A stretch of 64,000 nt of DNA. Source: Candidatus Daviesbacteria bacterium GW2011_GWA1_41_61 (GTDB taxonomy: Bacteria; Patescibacteriota; Microgenomatia; Daviesbacterales; UBA10151). The notes under the pieces were generated by a model. It saw nothing but the letters and a program-made list of their open reading frames with translations, was not told the origin of the DNA and did no database searches. Of this stretch, positions 47,648 to 54,864 are shown one piece after another. The stretch lies in assembly GCA_000997385.1 (NCBI GenBank), contig LCBT01000003.1, forward strand, positions 64,892 through 128,891. The letters run 5' to 3'. Each line of letters begins with the position of its first letter. Position 1 is the first letter of the stretch. The translations under genes were made by a program, and so were the position numbers.

Positions 47648-47864
47648 AATCTTTTCCTGGGCTTCTACGCGAATACTATCATTAATAAATGGTACTGTCA
47701 AAAATTTTGGTTTAACACCAGCAGGGGACAATACCAGAAATTATCAGCAGCAATGAATGGTATTTGATAGTTGTATTTTGACAAACATGGAGATGTTATG
47801 TTATTAGTAAGGATGTAATTTAAGAAGGAAGAAAGAGTAGCTAATTTGATGTTAATTTAAAAAG

Positions 47865-49244
47865 ATGGGCATTGAAAACACTAAAGTAAATGTAGATAGC
47901 TTACCGAATGCCCCCAAACAGATATACAAAACTCTTTCCGCTCCAGTTACAGCTCAATGGGAATTAACAGATTGGTGTAACCAACGATGCTTCCATTGTT
48001 ATAATTATTGGCGAAATGATAATCCAGAAACTGTTGAGCCTTCCGATAGTGTGGGGCAGATTCATCATACAATAGCAAGGGAAATTGTGGCTAATCATGT
48101 TTTTAGCGTGACAATTACAGGTGGAGAACCACTACCTTTTATCAAAAAATATGCTGAGTCAATCGGATTACTCAGAGATGCAGACGTTGATTTAAAGGTT
48201 AATTCTAACTTAACTTTGTTTGACCGAGAGTATGGCCATATTCTTAAGGATTTGGGTATTACTTCGTTACTAACATCTGTAATATCTTATAACCCTAATA
48301 CTCACGATCGTTTATGCTGTAGTCCTGGAAGTCATAAAAAAATAAGCGATAATATCAGAAGAGCTTTGGATATGGGATTTAGAGTTAGCCCAAATATGGT
48401 TGTAAGTAAACTAAATTTAGGTGATATCGAGGGAACTGCAAAGTATGTAAAAAGCCTGGGACTAACTTCTTTCTTGGCAACCAAAGCGACTGCCCCTCCG
48501 AATTGTCCAGATTTTAGCCAATATTCATTATCACTAGAAGAATTAAAGATTATGTTTAATTTGTTGAAGAAAGCAGAAGCAGAGTATGGCGTATCTGTTG
48601 ATTCACTTGAGCCTTACCCTATGTGTCATTTTCAAGACCACGATCAATTAAAGGCCTTTGGGCAACGTGTTTGTGGGGCAGGTAAATCAATATGTACAAT
48701 TGGATTTGACGGAGCTGTAAGGCCTTGTTCTCACGCAGATCAAGTTAGTGGAATAATATCGGATCAAAACAGCTTTAAAGAGTTATGGTTGAAGCTACGG
48801 CCATGGCGTACTGATGAATATTTGCCTGAAGAATGTAGTAAATGTAGTATAAGAAATGTATGTTACGGTGGATGTAGAGTTGAAGCTTGCGTAGTTAATG
48901 GAGATTTAAAGTCTAGGAATCCCTATTGTGATCCAGAAAATATTCCAAATATTAACTCCTTGGAGCTAACATGGAAAAACGATGATGTTAAATTTAATCC
49001 GGGAAGTGCTTTCCAATTTAACCCACATTTAAAATATAGAGGGGAAGAGTTTGGGGGTATACTATTTTTATCTCCTAAAGCATGGGTGGGAGTTAATGAA
49101 TATATACTGACTTTCTACAAGAAAAGAAAAGACTCACCCTTTGTTGTTAAAGACTTATCTGATGATATTGGTGTTGAAAGAGGAAGTTTGGTTGAAACGA
49201 TGCATTTGTTATACAAAAAAAATATAATTGAAGAAAGGAGGTGA
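47865..49244 (+). CDS. Radical SAM/SPASM-domain enzyme, cassette 3 (paralogue of cassette 2 enzyme)
   Basis: CNQRCFHCYNYW motif, SPASM cysteines (CGAGKSIC...CSKCSIRNVCYGGC). Confidence 0.85.
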   Translation: MGIENTKVNVDSLPNAPKQIYKTLSAPVTAQWELTDWCNQRCFHCYNYWRNDNPETVEPSDSVGQIHHTIAREIVANHVFSVTITGGEPLPFIKKYAESIGLLRDADVDLKVNSNLTLFDREYGHILKDLGITSLLTSVISYNPNTHDRLCCSPGSHKKISDNIRRALDMGFRVSPNMVVSKLNLGDIEGTAKYVKSLGLTSFLATKATAPPNCPDFSQYSLSLEELKIMFNLLKKAEAEYGVSVDSLEPYPMCHFQDHDQLKAFGQRVCGAGKSICTIGFDGAVRPCSHADQVSGIISDQNSFKELWLKLRPWRTDEYLPEECSKCSIRNVCYGGCRVEACVVNGDLKSRNPYCDPENIPNINSLELTWKNDDVKFNPGSAFQFNPHLKYRGEEFGGILFLSPKAWVGVNEYILTFYKKRKDSPFVVKDLSDDIGVERGSLVETMHLLYKKNIIEERR

Positions 49245-49248
49245 TATT

Positions 49249-49464
49249 GTGAGCAAAGAAAACTCAGTTGGTTTATTAGATATACAAGTTGTTGCTGAGA
49301 GTGAGATGACTGCACCTAAGCAAGTGGATACCACTAAGGCTTATGGAATAGTTCCTATGTTTAATAATGTGGGTGGTGCGGTTGAAGGTGATATATTCCA
49401 GTATGATGATGGTGGTTGTTATGATGGCCCAGAATGCGATGAATGCGATCCTTCTCCGTTGTAA
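49249..49464 (+). CDS. Cys/Asp-rich precursor-like peptide (71 aa), cassette 3
   Basis: GTG start with an AGGAGG ribosome-binding site at a 7 nt spacer. C-terminal core DIFQYDDGGCYDGPECDECDPSPL. Confidence 0.55.
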   Translation: MSKENSVGLLDIQVVAESEMTAPKQVDTTKAYGIVPMFNNVGGAVEGDIFQYDDGGCYDGPECDECDPSPL

Positions 49465-49618
49465 AAGGATTATTTTGGTCTATAGATTTCATCTATGGGA
49501 ATCGAAGCTCCGGGGGTTTAAACTCTCGGTTGCTTTTTAAAAGATTTTATCTGTGATAGAACTAGACTTGAGTTTTTCAATAGGTTAATCTGAGTTTAGG
49601 AGCAAATACAACTAATTA

Positions 49619-50281
49619 ATGATTAATATCAAAGTTGCTTACAATAGGGGTCGTGATGTTCAAGTGTATCTGAATTATCTGTATCAATTTAAGTCATACA
49701 AACATGGTCGAAATAATATCAGAGAAGAATTATTAAACTCATACCCTGAAGAGTTTAGGATCGCCCTGAATAATGCCCCTAATAGGTTAGAGGCAGCCAG
49801 AGTTGCAAAAAACTATCTAAAAGATAGATACATAGGTAAAAGATCCTATTTCAGAAAAGTTGCTTTAATGTTAGAAGAGGCTTGGATCAAACAAAGAGCA
49901 GATATTGAAAGACAATTGGCCGATCTTTACGGTCAAAAAGTTCCTTTTCAAATGATATGGGTTTATTATACAACTACCCCAATTTGTCCATATAATTTTA
50001 GAAAAAGAGAAATTATTGTCTCTTATAAGCGTCCGATTGATGTTCAAATAAATATTTTGAAACACGAGCTCAATCATTTTATGTTTTATAATTATTTTCC
50101 AGAACTATTAGAAGAATTTGGTAAAGAAAAGTTTGAATCATTAAAAGAAGCATTAACAGTTCTAACCAATCCAGAGGAGAAAGGGTACCCCGCTCAACAA
50201 AAACTTCGTCAATGGTTAAAAAAACAGCAGGGTACAATCCCTGAGATTATTACACAGGATAAATGGAAGAAATATCTTTAA
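49619..50281 (+). CDS. HExxH-motif protein (putative Zn metallopeptidase), cassette 3
   Basis: KHELNHFMF. Confidence 0.45.
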   Translation: MINIKVAYNRGRDVQVYLNYLYQFKSYKHGRNNIREELLNSYPEEFRIALNNAPNRLEAARVAKNYLKDRYIGKRSYFRKVALMLEEAWIKQRADIERQLADLYGQKVPFQMIWVYYTTTPICPYNFRKREIIVSYKRPIDVQINILKHELNHFMFYNYFPELLEEFGKEKFESLKEALTVLTNPEEKGYPAQQKLRQWLKKQQGTIPEIITQDKWKKYL

Positions 50282-50326
50282 AGAGGTAAAAATACTTGAT
50301 GTTCTCAAACTGAGTGTTTATTTAAC

Positions 50327-50413
50327 CACAAAACCTTAAGGTTCCATATCTTTACTTCTAGATTAATCCAAGACCAAAGATTTCAGGTGGTGCTATGTTT
50401 GCCAGCAAGGTAA
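50327..50413 (+). repeat. XRE gene-tail repeat, copy B (orphan 3' fragment)
   Basis: Encodes HKTLRFHIFTSRLIQDQRFQVVLCLPAR*. Homologous to 43884..43970 with mostly synonymous differences. Confidence 0.65.
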
Positions 50414-50442
50414 GTGATCTAGAGTTATGATATAATTAGCTC

Positions 50443-50760
50443 ATGACTCAAGTGCAAATTCAGGATCAAATAGACTCTATTAAAAATCAACTCATAGAAA
50501 AGTACAAACCACAGAAGATTTTTTTGTTTGGTTCCTCTGTAACCGGAAAGATGACCGAAGATTCTGATTTAGATTTTTTAATCATCAAAGATGATAAAAA
50601 AGATCCATACAACCGGATAGTAGAAGTTTACCATCTAATAGAAAAAGATATTGCTGCGGATTTCCTGGTCTACACACCGCAGGAATTTAGTGAAAGGTTA
50701 AAACTAGGTGATCCTTTTGTAACTTCAATACCGTCAGAGGGAAAAGTCCTTTATGGTTGA
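50443..50760 (+). CDS. Nucleotidyltransferase (MNT-type, Pol-beta superfamily)
   Basis: LFGSSVTG....DSDLDFLI motif. Confidence 0.7.
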   Translation: MTQVQIQDQIDSIKNQLIEKYKPQKIFLFGSSVTGKMTEDSDLDFLIIKDDKKDPYNRIVEVYHLIEKDIAADFLVYTPQEFSERLKLGDPFVTSIPSEGKVLYG

Positions 50761-50945
50761 AAATATGTACAGAACATGACTTGGAGTTTAATAAATTTAG
50801 TGAAGCTTCCAAACTTTTAAATCCATTTTACATTGTAACCCGCTATCCAGACTTTGTTATCTCAGTTAATAAATCTGACGCTGAAAACGCTCTCAAGATA
50901 GCAGAAGAAATTGCTGATCTAGTTAAATTGAAACTCTCTGCTTGA
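50757..50945 (+). CDS. HEPN-like C-terminal fragment, partner of the MNT gene
   Basis: Only 62 aa with a TRYPD-like motif and a TTG start. Probably degenerate. Confidence 0.35.
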   Translation: MKICTEHDLEFNKFSEASKLLNPFYIVTRYPDFVISVNKSDAENALKIAEEIADLVKLKLSA

Positions 50946-51062
50946 TCTTCTTCTAAACTGGCTGTTTCTAAAAACTCAACAGATTGTTTCAGGTATTAGC
51001 TTCTAGGTAATTTTATCCCAAGAATTGGGACAAACTTGTTTATATTTGCCAGTAGAGTAAAA

Positions 51063-51710
51063 CTAGATATGGGATTTAACCAACTTGGTAAAGAATCGTT
51101 TTATTTCCTTTGGGTCGGCAGGTGTAGTCAAAGGAGCAGGTACTATATCAAAATTTGATAAATCTCCAAAATAGACTAATTGTTCTAAAAAGATTTTTTC
51201 ATCAAAAATACTGCCGTAAACACTTTTGGCTACCGAAATGATCTGTTTAAGATCCGTATAATCATGTTTTAAAATGGTGTATAGGTCAAAATAATCCCGG
51301 TATTCACCTCTTCTGCCAATGGTATATGCCTTCTGTACAGCAATTTCTTGTACAGGGAATAAAGATAAGCCATCTTCTAACTCCAGGATCTTAAAGTGTG
51401 GTTTAAAAGGGTAATAAAGAAAGGTAATTTTGATATTGTCCTTTGTAAAAAAGGTTAGCTCGTCGGGGGTATCAACAGCAATATTGTTAATTGGAAAACT
51501 TTGGGAAAGTTTCTCCAATAGTTTTTTGGGGATCTGTGAGGTGCTGAAAAAATCAAAATCAAAAGATTTACGGTGGACAAGTTGTAAGGCAAGTGCAGTC
51601 CCCCCACTCAGTACAAAACCTTTGGTTAGAGGAAGTAGTGTCTGTAACAACTCCCTCCTTTTATTATCTAATATATCGAGGTGTAGTTTTAAGGTATTTT
51701 TGTTCATCAA
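51063..51710 (-). CDS. AbiEii/DUF1814-like nucleotidyltransferase toxin-family protein
   Basis: GFVLSGGTALAL..HRKSFDFDF motif. Confidence 0.55.
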   Translation of the reverse strand: MMNKNTLKLHLDILDNKRRELLQTLLPLTKGFVLSGGTALALQLVHRKSFDFDFFSTSQIPKKLLEKLSQSFPINNIAVDTPDELTFFTKDNIKITFLYYPFKPHFKILELEDGLSLFPVQEIAVQKAYTIGRRGEYRDYFDLYTILKHDYTDLKQIISVAKSVYGSIFDEKIFLEQLVYFGDLSNFDIVPAPLTTPADPKEIKRFFTKLVKSHI

Positions 51711-51822
51711 TTGAACTGTTGATATCTAGCACAAAATTTTTGATGAAATTGAGTGCTGGTTTTGTGTAGATCTTTTTGGGATAGTGCAGAAAAAGCTCCT
51801 TTAGCCATTTTTCTCCTAGTGT

Positions 51823-51978
51823 CTTTTTTAAAGATCTGATTTCTTGAAGTGTACCATACATTAATACTTGGTGGACAGTATCCGGTGATCTAATATCTGC
51901 TGTGGTTGAATACCACATACGTCTAGATTAATCCAAGACCAAAGATTCCAGGTGGTTTTGTATTTACCAGCAGAGTAG
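51823..51978 (+). repeat. Repeat R2 (99 bp) fused to an XRE-tail remnant, copy 2
   Basis: 51823..51921 is identical to 39372..39470. 51922..51978 encodes SRLIQDQRFQVVLYLPAE*. Confidence 0.75.
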
Positions 51979-51993
51979 TTTTAAAAAGCTCTT

Positions 51994-52785
51994 TTAAGTG
52001 GTATGGTTATTTGCTAGTTGATGAACAAGTAAGTCATCTGGATATTCAATAGCTGTTTCTATTATCTGTCTAATAGTCTCTTGGGTTAAGATAAACGGAT
52101 TACCAGTGATTCTAGCAACAAGATAAGCCTTTAAGAAAAGATCATGCAAGAAGCAAAGTTTCTTCTCCAGATATTTTTCAAAACAATTATCAATAACTAA
52201 AAGCTCATCGATTTCTTGTGAGTGTTTAAAATCTCGTTCTAACAAGAAGTATATTTTTGCGATAGTTTGAGCGCGAATTTGATCTTCAATATCACTTAAT
52301 CTGTCCTCAGACGGAAAAGGTTTATCAGCGTTTTTATATCTTCCCCAGCAAGTTTGAAAATATTGTTCATCGTTATTAAAGTACAGTTTTAATAGTCTAC
52401 TTTTCAGGGGATTTATATCTTCGTCTAAAGAAGTATGATAGTATCTTCCCATATCAATTGCGAACCTTAGATAAGCCGGAGGTGAGGAGGTAGTCAATAA
52501 AGTTTGACGATCTTGAGGAGAGAGGTAGGCTAAAGAGCCGTTTAAATAGCATTCAATAAAATCCTTAATTCTTGCTCCTGCTGCAAAGTAGATCGGCTCT
52601 ATGGTCAAAGATTGTCTATATAGATTTGCCCCTTCATCCAGGCTATCTTGTTCTGTTGCTGTTCCAAAACGAGTAACATTTTGCAAACAGATGGAGGCCC
52701 TGAATTTAAGGCTGAATTTAAAGCTAATGTATTCAAATATGCAGATAGATTCAGAGTAGCCAGGCCATACAAAAAGAATGAACAA
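51994..52785 (-). CDS. Hypothetical protein, start uncertain
   Basis: Long ORF whose N-terminal third is antisense to the transposase fragment. The real start is probably an internal Met near 52452. Confidence 0.3.
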   Translation of the reverse strand: MFILFVWPGYSESICIFEYISFKFSLKFRASICLQNVTRFGTATEQDSLDEGANLYRQSLTIEPIYFAAGARIKDFIECYLNGSLAYLSPQDRQTLLTTSSPPAYLRFAIDMGRYYHTSLDEDINPLKSRLLKLYFNNDEQYFQTCWGRYKNADKPFPSEDRLSDIEDQIRAQTIAKIYFLLERDFKHSQEIDELLVIDNCFEKYLEKKLCFLHDLFLKAYLVARITGNPFILTQETIRQIIETAIEYPDDLLVHQLANNHTT

Positions 52786-52980
52786 AGCTACATTGAGAGT
52801 TTTAACAGATCACTCAGAAAAGAGTGTTTAGGCTGGAGTAAGTATAGAGCTGATCAACTGTCAAGCCTAACTAGAGAACTAACAGATTATTTAGTGTATT
52901 ATCATACTAAGAGGCCTCATATGAGTTTAGGTATGAAGACACCAGAAAGGTTTTTAAAAGAACTAGTGTCGGATATTTAA
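52648..52980 (+). pseudogene. C-terminal fragment of an rve (integrase-core) DDE transposase (IS481/IS3-like)
   Basis: TDGGPEF and YYHTKRPHMSLGMKTPERF. N-terminal two-thirds are missing. Confidence 0.6.
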
Positions 52981-53142
52981 GTGTACATACCGGATTGGGC
53001 GTTGAAAGTAATATTTCAGAGTCCTTGACACGATTTCGTCATTGCGAGCGTAGCGAAGCAATCTCTGACATGTTTTGATACACTTTTGTCAACAAGACTG
53101 AAATATTACCGTTGAAATTAAGACACAGAAGATAAAAAATTA

Positions 53143-53685
53143 TCAACTGTATTGTGATATTAAGTTGCTAAGTTTTTCGATATCATCATACTTATGTTCA
53201 TTGCCAGAAAATTTTGTTATCTGGTAACTTTTGATTTGAGTTTGTGTTAAAAATTCTGTTAACTGATGAAAGGGGATAGCTGGATCATTGGAATTTTGAA
53301 TAAATAAAGTAGGGACTTCATAATTTTTGAATAATGAATTTAAATCAATGTTTTGGAGTTTTGCCCAAGAAAAAGCCATGCCTGCAAAAATACATTTTGA
53401 AGGTTTGAGTTTTTTAAGTTTTTTATCTGAAATTGCTTTCAAGGCAAGGATAACTCCTACAGATTTAGCAAAAATAATATAATCCTTAAAATTACTGGTA
53501 AAATCAGCTAGAGTATTGAGCTCATATTCTAGATTAAGGAACTTCTCATCAGTGCCCCAGTGGTGGTAGTTTTGAATGTATATAGAGTCGAAGTGGGATT
53601 TTAATGATGATTTTAAAGATTCTGCCCACTGCTTATTAGAAAGACTATTACCAGGTAAGATAATAAGATCCATGATTGTAAACAA
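53143..53685 (-). CDS. Putative alpha/beta-fold serine hydrolase (YdeN/RBBP9-like)
   Basis: Size and a FAKSVGV nucleophile-elbow-like motif. Weak assignment. Confidence 0.45.
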   Translation of the reverse strand: MFTIMDLIILPGNSLSNKQWAESLKSSLKSHFDSIYIQNYHHWGTDEKFLNLEYELNTLADFTSNFKDYIIFAKSVGVILALKAISDKKLKKLKPSKCIFAGMAFSWAKLQNIDLNSLFKNYEVPTLFIQNSNDPAIPFHQLTEFLTQTQIKSYQITKFSGNEHKYDDIEKLSNLISQYS

Positions 53686-53724
53686 ATAATAACCTAGATT
53701 TTCTTAAAAAGCTATTCTGAACTA

Positions 53725-53772
53725 GTTTCAGACCAAAGGTTCCAGGTAGTATTATATTTGCCAGCAGAGTAA
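53725..53772 (+). repeat. XRE gene-tail repeat, copy D (orphan)
   Basis: Encodes VSDQRFQVVLYLPAE*. Confidence 0.6.
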
Positions 53773-53832
53773 TCATTTTCCACAAAAAATCCTCAAGACA
53801 GAGGGTCTTTTGCTACATAAAATATATGTGAA

Positions 53833-54162
53833 TTAGTCTTTGTGCCAAGGCAAACGGGCATTGGGTCTCCCAAATAACCAGGCAGCGGTAATTGCTACAG
53901 CTATGGCTCCTGCTAAATATGCCCAGAAATTAGATCCTGTAAGACCTGCATCCCAAGGTAAAGCAAAACCTCCTGTTCCTGCAGCGATACCTAAAACATA
54001 AAGTCCAATGATTAAGTTTATAAATCCCCACACCACATTTAGCATAGGAGATGAAACTCTCTTAAAGGGTGTCATATGTGTTTGACCCATGATACCGGGA
54101 ACTAAATGGGGAATAGAATTCCATGTAAAGAATCCTGCTAAGAAATACCAGAGTAATTCCAT
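53833..54162 (-). CDS. Small integral membrane protein
   Basis: Three TM helices. No motifs. Confidence 0.4.
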   Translation of the reverse strand: MELLWYFLAGFFTWNSIPHLVPGIMGQTHMTPFKRVSSPMLNVVWGFINLIIGLYVLGIAAGTGGFALPWDAGLTGSNFWAYLAGAIAVAITAAWLFGRPNARLPWHKD

Positions 54163-54284
54163 ATTCTCACCCCCTTACTTACTCAGATTTTTCTTAACTT
54201 TTGGAAACTCCTGAGCTGTTACGAACTTTGGTATTGACAGAAGAGCATCTATAAGATTAGTATCGAAACAAGAGGAGGTGAATT

Positions 54285-54683
54285 ATGGATTTTTCTAAAG
54301 CTAAAAAAGTTATAGAAGCAGCAGAGGCAAAAGCAGAAGAGTTGGGGATTGCAATCTCCACCGCTATAGTTGATGAATATGGTGATTTAGTAGCATTCTC
54401 ACGGATGAAAGGAGCTATTAAAATTAGCCCCAAGTTTGCGCTTGCCAAAGCCTATACAGCTGGAACGATTGGTATGGCTACAGTAGATATGGCTCCCTAT
54501 GCAGTTCCTGGTAAGCCTTATTATGGTATGGACGCATTATTTGGGGGGGAATTAACCACGATAGCAGGTGGTTTACCTATCAAAGCGGGAGATAAATTAA
54601 TTGGCGGAATAGGAGTAGGTGGTTCAGCAGATGTGACTCAAGATGTGGAATGCGCTCAAGCTGCACTGAAGGCTCTTGAATGA
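54285..54683 (+). CDS. GlcG/HbpS-like (DUF336) putative heme-binding protein
   Basis: AAEELGIAISTAIVDEYGDLVAFSRMKGA...GGLPIKAGDKLIGGIGVGG pattern. Confidence 0.7.
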   Translation: MDFSKAKKVIEAAEAKAEELGIAISTAIVDEYGDLVAFSRMKGAIKISPKFALAKAYTAGTIGMATVDMAPYAVPGKPYYGMDALFGGELTTIAGGLPIKAGDKLIGGIGVGGSADVTQDVECAQAALKALE

Positions 54684-54864
54684 GCTTTTGGCCGACTTGA
54701 ATAGCGACGAGCTTTTTGGTAAGGGGGAATTTCTATAAAGATTCGGTTAAAGTCCTCACCTGCTCGAACAGTGGTACATCGTCCTCCCATCCACTGGAGA
54801 GCTTCGCAAAATTGCCACTAAGTTTCATTTATTGGAGGAGAGATTGTCTTTTGTCAAGAACAAC

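Noticed and set aside
49228-49248. TTG start at 49228 for the cassette 3 peptide (MKKGGDI..)
   Set aside because: The AGGAGG ribosome-binding site is optimally placed for the GTG at 49249, and 49228 lies inside the radical SAM gene's last codons. This start choice is uncertain.
51664-51918. 84 aa ORF upstream of the AbiEii-like gene as a possible AbiEi antitoxin
   Set aside because: Its N-terminal 32 codons are encoded by the 99 bp repeat R2, which also occurs non-coding at 39372..39470. There is no wHTH signature. It is probably spurious.
39471-53772. The repeated roughly 30-90 bp units considered as a CRISPR array or MITE family
   Set aside because: The spacing is irregular and kilobases apart. 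Each copy is an in-frame gene 3' end terminating in a stop codon with synonymous variation. There are no regular spacers or cas genes.
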